Shown in pieces: positions 35,780 through 47,620 of a DNA stretch of 64,000 bases (its first letter is position 1; every line of letters begins with the position of its first letter). Origin of the DNA: Malacoraja senta (lineage: Eukaryota); the NCBI GenBank assembly GCA_038087875.1, contig CM075996.1, positions 1,242,001-1,306,000 on the forward strand. Direction: 5' to 3'. The translations under genes were made by a program, and so were the position numbers. The notes under the pieces are model-generated. The model was not told the DNA's origin. It made no database searches and saw nothing but the letters and a program-made list of their open reading frames with translations.

Positions 35780-37914
35780 GTACCTGGACCCTCAGTACCG
35801 GCTTATGTGATGTCAGGCTAAAGTCCACCTCAAACTGTTCACTTCAATTCACTTCAGTCTTAGAGGTTACTGTCACGTGTATTTACAGGTACAGTGAAAA
35901 TATTTTGTTGCGTGCTAACCAGTCAGCGGAAAGACAATAGTGGGACTTACCGTCGCCCGCCTGGGGCTCCAACATCGGGAGAGAAATGGTGCAGGGGAGA
36001 GAAAAGACTTTGCCTTCCATCACAGTGAGGAGGAGATTCACTGTGATGGATGTTTTTCTGTAAATTGAATTGTTTGTGTGTCTTGTAGGAATTGTTTTGT
36101 TTGTATGGCTGTGGAAACGGAGTTTCGTTTGAGCCTCTCTGAGGTTCAAATGACAAGAAATAAAATCTAATCTAGTAATCTAATACATGATTACAATCGA
36201 GCCGTCCACAGTGTATAGATACATGATAAAGGAATAACGTTAGTGCAAGGTAAAGCCAGAAGGGTCTCGACCCGAAATGTCACCCATTCCTTCTCTCCAG
36301 AGATGCTGCCCGTCCCACTGAGTTGCTCCAGCTTTTTGTGTCTATCTACGGTTTAAACCGGCACCTGCAGTTCCTTCCTACTTTACAAAGCCAGTAAAGT
36401 CTTATCAAAGATGGTCCGAGGGTCCGTGCGCGATGAGGTGGATGGTAGTTCAGGACTGCTCCCTGGTTGCGGTGGGATGGTTCTTTTTGCCTGATAACAG
36501 CAACTGGAGACAATGGTATCAGCAGTAACTCGGCACGGTGGAGCAGCGGGTTCCATCCCGACCACGGGTGCTGTCTGTACGGAGTCTGCACGTTCTCCCT
36601 GTGACCTGCGTGGGTTTTTCTCCGGGTGCTCCGGTTTCCTCCCACACTCCAACGACGTGCAGGTTTGTAGGTTAATTGGGCTTCTGTAAGATTGCAAATT
36701 GTCCCCTAGTGTGTGTGTGTGTAGCATAGTGTTAGTGTACGGGGATCGCTGGTCGGCGCGGACTCGGTGGGCTGAGGAGCCTCCTTCCGCGCTGTGTCTC
36801 TAAAATGTATAAAGGTGAATGTTAATTCACCTGCAGAAAAATAAAAGATTTTTTATTTCAATTTTACAAATACTTTTATTCAAAAAATAATAAATAAACA
36901 TACAGAGTATTAACACAATTAAAGATTGCCGATGTGGACAGTTTACAAACAAACGGTCATCAAATTAATCTAACGCCAACTTTATCAACAAAACACTCTA
37001 CCTCATTGGGAGGGGGAAAAATATTTGGAAAAGCAAAGTCTTTTGCAGTCAGTTACTGAGTTTTAAAATCTCCAATGAGGATGTTGAGGAATGAGAGATT
37101 AAAGATGTGCTGGTCAATTGTATGGTGTTGGGTTACTGGTTTACAGTTGTAGTATTGTTAAACAGATACTTACAGTGAATGGGCAAGTTTGGATCCGTAT
37201 AGAGTGTAATCGCTGTCTGCTGCACCAGTGCCGGGTCTACAAGCGGCTTGTCCAGGTACCTGGAGTCTGACATGTAGTGGCATGTCCAGCACGCAGATAT
37301 GCAATGGTGGAGCTGGCAGCGGGCAGCGGTAGAGTTACTGCCTCGCAGCGCCACAGACCCGGGTTCCATCCCGACCACGGGTGCCGTCTGTGCGAGGTTT
37401 GTACGTTCTCCCCGTGACCTGCGTGGGATTTCTCTGAGATCTTCGGTTTTTCTCCCACGCTCCAAAGACGTGCAGGTCTGTAGGTTAATTGGCTTGGTGT
37501 AAGTGTAAATTGTTCCTCGTGTGTGTGTGTGTGTGTAGGATAGTGTTAGTGTGCGGGGATCGCTAGTCAGCACGGACTCGGTGGGCCGAAGGGCCTGTTT
37601 CCGCGCTGTATATCTAAACTAAACTAAACCCACCCGCCTCAAACACACTGCACTGTTTAGGAAGAATATTCCTACTCCAACCTCAAGGGTCGAGCGTGTT
37701 TAAGAATCTCAGATGGACAGAAGAAATGTGGGCCGGGTCCAGCAGGTCAGGAGAACATGGATGGGTGACGTTTCTGGTCGAGACCCTTCGTCACACGCCA
37801 AAGTCACAAAGAGTACCCATCCCTTCTTGGCCCCCTCCCACGATGGGTCCCATCCCACTCGACCCGACCCACCCCTCCCCCCGCCCACAGATACCCCATG
37901 ATGCCGCTCGAGAG

Positions 37915-38598
37915 GGGGGTCTAACCCTGGCCGTCTCTCTGTTGCAGGAGGGGGGGGGAGAGCATCACTCTAACCCTGGCCGTCTCGCTGTTTAGGGAGG
38001 GGGAGGGCAGAGCGTGGGTCTAACCCTGGCCGTCTCTATGTTGCAGGAGGGGAGGAGGGGGGGGGGGGAGAGCATCACTCTAACCCTGGTCGTCCCTCTG
38101 TTGCAGGAGGGGAGGGGGGGCAGAGCGTGGGTCTAACCCTGGCCGTCTCTATGTTGCAGGAGGGGAGGAGGGGGGGGGGAGAGCATCACTCTAACCCTGG
38201 TCGTCCCTCTGTTGCAGGAGGGGAGGGGGGGCAGAGCGTGGGTCTAACCCTGGCCGTCTCTCTGTTGCAGGAGGGGGGGGGAGAGCATCACTCTAACCCT
38301 GGCCGTCTCTCTGTTTAGGGAGGGGGAGGGCAGAGCGTGGGTCTAACCCTGGCCGTCTCTCTGTTGCAGGAGGGGGGGGGGGCGGAGAGCCTGGGTCTAA
38401 CCCTGGTCGTCTCTCTGTTGCAGGAGGGGAGGGGAGGGGGGGGGGAGAGCATCACTCTAACCCTGGTCGTCCCTCTGTTGCAGGAGGGGAGTGGGGGCAG
38501 AGCCTGGGTCTAACCCTGGGCGTCTCTCTGTTGCAGGAGGGGAGGGGGGGGAGGAGAGCATCACTCTAACCCTGGCCGTCTCTCTTTTGCAGGAGGGG
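37915..38598 (+). repeat. Tandem array (13 units, ~50-60 bp) of a branch point/polypyrimidine/AG module
   Basis: TCTAACCCTGGCCGTCTCTCTGTTGCAG-GAGGGG.. repeated; the last unit is the real acceptor of exon 38593. Confidence 0.95.
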
Positions 38599-38745
38599 CT
38601 ACAGACCTTCCCACAGCTGGTGGTGGGGGACAGCGACGCTGACCACAAGGACAACCCCAGCAGCTCGGTCAAGCTAAAAGTGGCCGGCACCCCCTACAAC
38701 AGGAAGACCCTCAACCAGCTCAAGAAGAATGTACAGCGGCCACAG
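38593..38745 (+). CDS. PRR12: PRR12 exon
   Basis: ttttgcag|GAG GGG...CCA CAG|gtgagg; EGLQTFPQLVVGDSDADHKDNPSSSVKLKVAGTPYNRKTLNQLKKNVQRPQ. Confidence 0.92.
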
Positions 38746-38779
38746 GTGAGGGGGAGGGGGGCAGCATGGGGGAGGGTCA

Positions 38780-39142
38780 AGGCCATGTCACAGGAGCAGA
38801 ATTAGGCCATTCGGCCCATCAAGTCTACTCCGCCATTCAATCATGGCTGATCTATCTCTCCCTCCTAACCCCATTCTCCTGCCTTCTCCCCATAACCCCT
38901 GACACCCGTACTAATCAAGAATCTATCTATCTCTGCCTTAAAAATATCCACTGACTTGGCCTCCACAGCCTTCTGTGGCAATGAGTTCCACAGATTCACC
39001 ACCCTCTGACTAAAGAAATTCCTCCTCATCTCCTTCCTAAAGGACCGTCCTTTAATTCTGAGGCTGCGCCCTCTAGTCCTAGACTCTCCCACTAGTGGGA
39101 ACATCCTCTCCACATCCACTCTATCCAGGCCTTTCACTATTC
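38780..39142 (-). mobile_element. CR1 3' fragment
   Basis: IVKGLDRVDVERMFPLVGESRTRG...FFSQRVVNLWNSLP; similar short fragments at about 2755-3035(+), 13955-14235(-), 18248-18450(+), 24990-25580(+), 47750-48010(+), 50095-50460(-), 58320-58678(+), 59240-59575(-). Confidence 0.88.
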
Positions 39143-39569
39143 GGACATTCCCCTGGTACTCCAGCAAGGGGGGTGAGGGTGGGGTGGGGGAGAGCACCAG
39201 GGGTCTCAGTGATACAGCCCTCTCCCCTCCCCGCCCACAATGCCCACCTCCAGTGCTGTCCCCGTGGAGTTTGCACGATCTCCCTGCAACCGAATGGGTT
39301 TATAGATCATAACTTCATAGAGTCAAACGGTACAGATACAGGCCCTTCGGCCCAACTCATCCATGCTGACCAAGGTGCCCCATCGACGCTAGTCCCACCT
39401 GCCTGCGTTTGGCCCCTATCCCTCTAAACCGGTCCTATTTATCGACCTGTCCAAGTGTATTTTAAATGTTGCGATAGTCCCTGCCTCAACTACCTCCTCC
39501 GGCAGCTCGTTCCATACACCCAGCACCCTCTGTGTGGAAAAACCTGCCCCTCAGGTTCCGATTAATTCT

Positions 39570-40005
39570 TTCAATAGACAATAGGTGCAGGAGTAGGCCA
39601 TCTGGCCAGCACCGCCATTCAATGTGATCATGGCTGATCATCCCCAATCAGTACCCCGTTCCTGCCTTCTCCCCATAATCCCCTGACTCCGCTATCTTTA
39701 AGAGCCCTATCTAGCTCTCTCTTGAAAGCATCCAGAGAACCTGCCTCCACCGCCCTCTGAGGCAGAGAATTCCACAGACTCACCACTCTCTGTGAGAAAA
39801 AGTGTTTCCTCGTCTCCGTTCTAAATGGCTTACTCCTAATCTTAAACTGTGGCCCCTGGTTCTGGACTCCCCCAACATCGGGAACATGTTTCCTGCCTCT
39901 AGCGTGTCCAAACCCTTAACAATCTTATATGTTTCAATAAGATTCCCTCTCATCCTTCTCAACTCCAGAGTGTACAAGCCCAGCCGCTCCATTCTCTCAG
40001 CATAT
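39570..40005 (-). mobile_element. CR1 3' fragment
   Basis: Reverse complement of the 61438-61910 type; YAERMERLGLYTLELRRMRGNL. Confidence 0.88.
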
Positions 40006-40317
40006 GCCCCTCTCACTCTGGTTCTCGATTCCCCCACCCTGACATTCCCCTTATCTGTCCCCCTCATGGAGTCAAACATACAGCATGGAAACGGGCCCTT
40101 CGGCCCAACTTACCCACGCCGCATGTACCCCTATAAGATCACCCCTCAGCCTCCTGCACTCCACGGAACAGAGCCCCAGACTGCCCAGCCCAACCCCTCT
40201 CCCTGTCGCTCAGGCCCCTCGAGTCCTGGCAACGCCCTCGTGAATCTTCTCCACACAAATGCAAGTGATTAGATTTTCTTTCTGCCACAGTAAGGTCGAT
40301 GTTATTTTATTTTATAG

Positions 40318-40413
40318 GACTTCCAAGTGGAGGCGGACAAACTGCAGTTTTACACCTTGTTTCACTCTCTGCATCACTACAAATACCACACGTTACTGCA
40401 CTGTAAAGAACAG
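40318..40413 (+). CDS. PRR12: PRR12 exon
   Basis: tttatag|GAC TTC...GAA CAG|gtgagt; DFQVEADKLQFYTLFHSLHHYKYHTLLHCKEQ. Confidence 0.93.
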
Positions 40414-41015
40414 GTGAGTGGCCTCCTCCAGCAGCACCAACTGCAGGTGCTGGTTTACACCGAAGATAGACACAAAGTGCTGGAGTAACTCAGCGGGACA
40501 GGCAGCATCTCTGGAGAAAGGGAATGGGTGACGTTTCGGATCGAGGCCCGCTCAGTTTGAAGATGGGTCTCGACCCATTTCTTCTATCGAAACGTCACTC
40601 CTTCCTTGTCTCTAGAGATGCTGCCTGACCCGCTGAGTTCCTCCAGCACTCTGGGGAAACGTCACCTATCCATGTTCCGGCAGCATCTATGGAGCGAAGG
40701 AAATAGGCAACGTTTCGGCCCGAAACCCTTCCGGGTTTCGGCCCGAAACGTTGCCTATTTCCTTCAGGGTTTCGGCCCGAAAGGTTGCCCATTTCCTTCG
40801 CTCCACAGATGCTGCCTGACCCGCTGAGTTACTCCAGCACTTTGTGAAACGTCAGGCAGCATCCTTCGTGTCTTTCTCTGCCTATCATGCTTGGGTTTGA
40901 CCTGATTGTGTTTCTACACGGTATTTGTGATCCGTGTGGACGGCACGCAAAGTCTCTGGATACACGTGTTGGTAACATGCTGACCTTTGCCCCCTGCCCC
41001 CCCCACCCCACACAG

Positions 41016-41157
41016 ACGGACACGCTGACGGGAGGTGAACGAGGACCTGGGGCAGGAGGAGATCGTGCAGCAATGCATGCGGAACGCCGCATGGCTCGAG
41101 AAACTATTTGACTCCTTCTGCGATCTCCTCACACAGGTGCAACAGCAATGCGCGTGA
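41016..41157 (+). CDS. PRR12: PRR12 last coding exon; apparent 1-nt insertion
   Basis: cacag|ACG GAC ACG CTG ACG (G) GAG GTG AAC GAG...; [38 protein letters not shown] then TGA at 41155-41157. Confidence 0.88.
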
Positions 41158-42607
41158 CCCCGGGCTCACTGCCCTTCCCCCCCCCCCTCCCCCTCCCCCT
41201 CCCCTCCCCACCCACACCCTCTCACTCTCTGTGGTTCCTTCCCCATAACCCCCACCCAACTCCTGCACCCTTCTGTTTGTCTCTTCCGCGGCCAGGGTGG
41301 GTGGGGGGAGGAGGGGAGGGTGGGGGTAGGTAGGTGACTGTGGTGATTGCCCCCCCCCCCCCCACCTCGTGCCCCCGTCCCCCTCATTCTCGCCGTGCGC
41401 GTGTGTGGCCGCTCACTGTTCAGTGTATGTCCCAGTTTTAACAAAGCTCCCGGCTTGGCCATGCGGTCCCGAGCAGCACCCCTGGGTGCCCGAGGTCCAG
41501 GGTGGAATCGCAGCCTGACAAGCACAGTGACTCAAACCCGTCTCCTCTTCTCATTCCCCACCCTCCCACTTCACCTCCAATCCCCCTCTCCCTCCCACCC
41601 CCTGCCCACCCAGTTGTCTCATGTCACCCACCCCCAGTCGCTCTTCTCTAGTCTCCCCCACCGTGCCTTCTCTTCCCCCACCCTAATCGTCCCCACCCCA
41701 CCTAAACCCCCTCCCCTGCCCCAGTCACCCCTCTCGTCTCGCCCACGTAGCCTGGGGCAGGGGTTTGATCCGGGTTCGATCCTGACTCCGGCTACTGTCT
41801 GTACGGAATTGGACTGCGTGAGTATCCCAAAGACGTGTGGGTTCGTGGGACAATCAGCCCCCTAGTGTGTAGGGAGTGGGATATCACGAGACTAGCGTGA
41901 ACAGATGATGAAGGACTCGGTGGGCCGAAGGGCCTGTTTCTCTGCTGTATCCCTGAACTAAACTAAATAAACTTCAGCTGAAACTGTCAGGTATTCCTGG
42001 CAGTGATTGGAGAGGGGTCACAGAGATGGCCACCATTGCTGGCTCTCTACCCTGTCAGATGGGTCTTTGAAGTTACACTCTCTGTACATCTGTGGGACCA
42101 TCACTGTCTCCCCCCCCCCCCTCACATTCCCCCCAGAGAGGGCAGTGAAGGAGGGGTTGTCATGGTGTGGCGCGCTGTCCTTTCCACCCGCTCCCTGACG
42201 GAGCCCTGGCGCATTCAGAGAAAGACCTGGGGAATAAACTACCCCCCCCCCCCCCCGTACCCTCCCCCCATCCAGTCTCCCCAAGGGCCCCTGGTGCTTT
42301 CCTTATTTGGGACCTACAACTGCTCATTCGGGTGGAGAGGAGAGAGGAGCAATTAGCACGGCCATCCATCTAGCGAGGTCCATAATGGCCGGGGTGAAGA
42401 GTTGGCCCTGGTGTTTGGGGATATTTGCCTGCACGGCTGAAATGGGAAAGTCCAATTCTCAGCCTCTGAAGGTTGAAACCCTCCGGTGTTTCGTCTATGC
42501 GATAATATTTACAAAACATTGAAGATACGGTTAGAATGGGCCCACAACACAGATCTAGGGGGGGGGGGGTTGAAGGTACACTGCATATGGCGGCCAAAGC
42601 GGGCAGA

Positions 42608-42835
42608 TGACTGGACACTGCAAATGGCCGCTGTTCTGTATGACATGTGACTGGACACTGCAAATGGCCGCCGTTCTGTATGACATGTGACTGGACACAG
42701 CAAATGGCCGCCGGTCTGTATGACATGTGACTGGACACTGCAAATGGCCACCATTCTGTATGACATGTGACTGGACACTGCAAATGGCCGCCGAACCGGA
42801 ACAGAAGAGTGAGTGGACACTGCAAATGGCCGACA
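42608..42835. repeat. 40-bp tandem repeat, 4 full and 2 partial copies
   Basis: TGACTGGACACTGCAAATGGCCGCCGTTCTGTATGACATG. Confidence 0.93.
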
Positions 42836-44119
42836 TGTTGGAAAAGATGTGACTTCAAAATGGTTGTGGACTCCTGGTAGCGGGAGGCGATTGTAAAGGT
42901 GAAGATGGTCGCTGGTCTGCAGCGGTGTGACGGGACGCTTTGCAAGTGGTCGAGGGACGGCCGACAAACGCAATGGCCTCGCCTTGAAGACCACTTTTGG
43001 TTGGAAACGGACCCTGAATTTGAAGACGCCAATCTTGTCCCTTCCACCGATAGTGGCTGCTGTACATTTGTGTTCCCTCATCCACACCCCCCTCCTCCCC
43101 ACCCACCCACCCACCCAAAAAAAAAAGAACATTTCAAAAAAACAGAAGGAACACTAAATGGAGCCGCTAAAACCTAGCGCTTGCTTCAAGAGAGAAGAAC
43201 TGGGTGTTCTGGTCGCGAGGTTTGACCGATGTGATATATGTCGGGGACGGGATGGAGATGGCTGGGAGATGGGAGGGAGATTAAACCCCTACCCCCCCCC
43301 CCCCCCCCACCCCCCAGGAAAAGAACTCTCGTGGGAGAGGCTCTGAGCTTTTTAAAACCAATTCTCTGAGGGTCTGATTGAGCAACGCTGCAACATATTA
43401 CAGACCGATAATTTTTCTCAGATTTTAATCAAAGATTTCCACTCCCACCCTCTTTTTCCTTTTAACAAAAATAATTAACTATTTTAAAAACGCAAAAAAA
43501 AACCACACACACACAATCCCACCACCAACCTAACGTGGGCAGAATATAATTTAATCGTTTTATGTTATTTAAAAATATCTTGCAGATTTCCGTTTCATCC
43601 TTCCAGTAAATGTAAGTTTTACACACAAAAAAATAAATTAGGATCTGTCCTTTATCAGATGCTGAGCTGTCGTGACGGTTTTTAAAAGCAATTGGCAACT
43701 TGCTACATCTCCCTTGTATATTTGTACAGAGCAAAAGTCCATGTACTATATTGTATTTGAGAGAGCTAAACAAATACTTAACAGAGAAAAAAAAAACACC
43801 ACACAGAAGGTTGCTTAGTTGTGCTGTTCAGTCTGACTGGACCTTATACTTGGTTTATATAATATGTTCTGAGAATTGTCAAGTGTCCTATTTTATTCCA
43901 AAAATAATAGAGGCAGGTTACGACAAAATGGTGCGATGGGTCTCCGGGGGTGGAGGAGGGGGGAGGGTGGCGGTGTGGGTTAGTTATGTGGTGGTCACTC
44001 TCTGATTCCCCCCCCCCCCCCCCACTCCTTATCCACCTCCACACTTCATCATCTTCGTCCCCACCACCATCCACACCGGTTATAACAATAATACTTGCCC
44101 CTCCTGGTCAAACTGCCTG

Positions 44120-44500
44120 TAGTGTCGAGTGTTGTGTGTGTGTGTGTGTGTGTGTGTGTCAAGGGCTGTCTATTTTTTTGTGTGTGCGTGCATGTCGAGG
44201 GTGGTCTGTGTGTGCATGTGTCGAGTGTGTGTAGTGTCATGTGTGTGTGGTGTATGTATGTGTGTCAAGCGCTTGTGTGTGTGAGGGGGAGTGTGTGTGG
44301 TGTGTGTCGAGTGTGTGTGTGTTGTGTGTCTGTGTGTGTCTATGTGTGTGAGTGTATCTGTGTGTTGTGTGTGTCTATGTGTGTGTCTGTGTGGTGTGTG
44401 TCTGTGTGTGAGTGTGTTTGTGTGTGTGTCTGTGTGTTACGTATGTGTGTGTGTGTGTTGCGTGTGTGTGTTGCGTATGTGCGTCTGTGTGTGTGTGTGA
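44120..44500. repeat. Imperfect (TG)n microsatellite
   Basis: About 380 bp of degenerate TG dinucleotides. Confidence 0.95.
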
Positions 44501-47124
44501 AGTTGATCAGGTTTTTAAACCCTTTTTAACTCCAGGAGGGGTTGGCAAAGTGGGTGGGCGGAGAGGAGTGTGGGGGGGGGGGCAGGGGAGAGGAGAGGAA
44601 GAGAGGGGAAGGGGAGGAGAGCAGAGGGGAGGGGAAGACAGGGCAGGAGAGGGGTGGGAGGAGGATGAGACTCGTGTCATGGAGACAGGATGGTGTGAGC
44701 AGCCATTTTGTAGGCCTGGGCCTTGGTGGTTTGGGGATGGACATTGGGCACCAGTCGTAATCTGCCTACAGAGATGCAATGGCTTCATCTCTCACTCTCT
44801 CTTTATGTAATACTTATTATCGACCTTTTTTAATGATGTGTTCTAACTGTACAATGTTATGGCCTGAAAGGTATCGTTACCGTTTTTGATTTGTGTTCTT
44901 GTATTGATGTTACATATATTATATATTTTTAATTGTTTAACAATGTCCTGCAAATATTTTTCTTTTCCTATTTTTCCCTCCCTCCCCTCCCCACCCAACC
45001 ACCCCCCCCTCGCAAAATGTACAACTTGCATTGTATACTGTGTCCACAGAATGAAAGGCAAACACATTCTTCCTCTGTATTTTGTTCTTTTCTAAAAAAA
45101 TTAGTTTGACCTCTTTCGTGTTTTAAATGCCGAATAATTGCTGTGCTGCCTACCGTATATTTTGTTGATCATTTTTTTTGTTGGTGTGTTGGTGTGTGTG
45201 TGTGTGTCTCTCTCTGTAGTGCCCTCTGGTGGGCAGGTACTGTTCCTTGCCGCACTGATACAGGTAGGACTCCATCGCAAGCTCTGCATCAGGGTCTGGG
45301 GACACCACCCATGGCGCAGCGGGTAGAGCTGCTGCCTCACAGACCCGGGTTCCATCCTGTACAGAGGTTCTCCCCGTGACCCGTGTGGGTTTTCTCCGGG
45401 TGCTCCGGGTTCCTTCCACACTCCAGGTTTATAGGTTATTTGGCTTCTGTAAATTGTAAATTGTCCCTAGTGTGTGCAGGATAGTGCTAGTGTGTGGGGA
45501 TCGCTGGTCGGCACGGACTCGTTGGGCCGAAGGGCCTGTTTCCGCGCTGTGTCTCTTTAAACTTCTGCCCTCTAGTCTTTGACATTTCCACTCTGGTTCC
45601 GACTGTCGATCCTATATATGGCTCTCGTTATTTTGTATACTTCAATCAGGTCTCCCCAGTCAACCCACGACGTATCAGAGAAAACAGTCCAAGTCTCTCC
45701 AGAAGAAGGGTCTCGACCTGAAACATCACCTATCCATGTTCTCCACAGATGCTGCCTGACCCGCTGAGTTACTCCAGCACTCTGTGAAACGTCACCTATC
45801 CATGTTCTCCACAGATGCTGCCTGACCCGCTGAGTTACTCCAGCACTCTGTGAAACGTCACCTATCCATGTTCTGCACAGTTGCTGCCTGACCCGCTGAG
45901 TTACTCCAGCATCTCAGATGCTCCTTACAGCTAATTGCCTCCAATCCAGGCGATATCCTGGTTAATCTCTTCCGCATCCTCTCAACGTCCAATTTAGAAG
46001 GAAAAATAAGATTGAAACATAAAGAACTGCAGACATTGGAATCTTGAGCAAAATGCAAAGTGCTGGAGTAACTCAGCGGGTCAGGCAGCATCTGTGGAGG
46101 GGATGTAGAGGACCTTCCTTTAGGCTGCAGTGCAATGCCTGGAGTGCGATGGGAATCCTCCGGTTTCACACTCACCTGGTTGGACACAGCAGTCTCAAGT
46201 CTGCAAGGAGGTCGACCAGTTTAACTGAAAGATACAGCACGGAAAGAGGCCCTTCGGCCCACTGGTTCCACGCCGACCATCGATCACAAACACACTACAC
46301 ACATTAGTGGCAATTTGGTGTTCCGTAGTTGAGCTAGGATTATGGTTGTGTGCATCAGTTCATGAACCTTTAGTTTAGTTGTGAAATACTGCATGGAAAC
46401 AGGCCCTTCGGCCCACCGAGTCGCTCCAACCAGCAATCCCCGCACATTAACACCACCCTACACACATTAGGGACAATTTTTTACAATTACACCAAGCCAA
46501 TTAACCTACAAAAACCTGTACGCCTTTAGATTGTGGGAGGAAACTGAACATCTTGGAGAAAACCCACACAGGTCACAGGGAGACCGTGCAAACTCCGTAC
46601 AGACAGCACCCGTGGTCGGGATGGAGCCCGGGTCTCTGGCGCTGTGAGGAAGCAACGCTACCCCGCTGTGCCACCGTGTCGCCCTTGTATATTTAAATCA
46701 TGGGAGATTACCGAAGACTGATCTGGGTTGCCCTGCTTGAGTTACAAAAGACTAGTCTGCAGATGCAACACATAATTAAGAAAGCTAACGAGATGTTATG
46801 GTACATTATGAGGGGGATTGAATACTTCAATTAGAGTGGGTGTTGGTGAGATCACATTGGGTGTGCTGTGCAGTATCAACGTCCTTGAGCAAGTAAGGAC
46901 AGACATTGGAAGACAGAGGGATTTATTAGACTCTTATCTGGGAATGAGGACAGGTTGGAATGTAGAAGACGGAGAGGAGACTTGGTTGAGGACACAAGTG
47001 GACTGGATATGTTGCTAGATACAGAATGCATTCAGCAACACAACCCGTTCTGGTTGGAAATCATCAACCAAGTGTCCACAGTGCAACCTTGATGCGGGGA
47101 GGCCCAGCTTGGTCAACCCCAATC

Positions 47125-47620
47125 CAAGTCAACTTTATTTGTCACATACACATACAAGATGTACAGTGAAATGAAAGTGGCAATGCCTGCGGATTGTGCA
47201 AAAACTACAGAACAGAACCAGTATTTACATTTAAAAAAAAGACACAACAGTAATTAGTCCCTGGTGAGATTAGAGTTTACAGTCCTGATGGCCTGTGGGA
47301 AGAAACTCCGTCTCATCCTCTCTGTTTTCACAGCATGACAGCGGAGGCGTTTGCCTGACCGTAGCAGCTGGAACAGTCCGTTGCTGGGGTGGTAGGGGTC
47401 CCCCATAATGTTGCTGGCATCCACAAACCAGAGGATCGGCCATCACACCAGGCTGGAGCCCGCATCGGCCACAGTGGCCCAGGAAGGTGGATGTGGAGAG
47501 GAGGCCTCCTGTTGCAGGAAGGATGTAGAATTGTCCCCACACCACCTCCCCTCTGGTGGTCCTGAGTCTCTGGAGCTCTCTCCAACTGTCTTTGGGAAAG
47601 AGAATCACTCACTGAGGTGG
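47125..47620 (-). mobile_element. Rex1/Babar-type LINE 3' fragment (degenerate)
   Basis: Minus strand encodes HPSNGLFQLLRSGKRLR...RRSFFPQAIR-like peptide and ends TGTGACAAATAAAG. Confidence 0.7.

Larger units (their letters stand above)
41158..45100 (+). other. PRR12: Probable long PRR12 3' UTR
   Basis: Transposon-poor sequence after the stop with AU-rich/TGTA-rich tracts typical of 3' UTRs; AATAAA near 43632 and AATGAA near 45050; end not determinable from DNA alone. Confidence 0.5.

Noticed and set aside
33182..41157. Calling this gene QSER1 or a pseudogene
   Set aside because: Residues such as KPWHRP, KWLKE, EMYKSY, DELYLP and EHKK, plus linkage to MED25, fit PRR12 better. The two frameshifts lie in homopolymer runs amid otherwise conserved exons with intact splice sites.
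44095..44529. Cys/Val-rich ORF resembling a metal-binding protein
   Set aside because: Translation of a degenerate (TG)n microsatellite.
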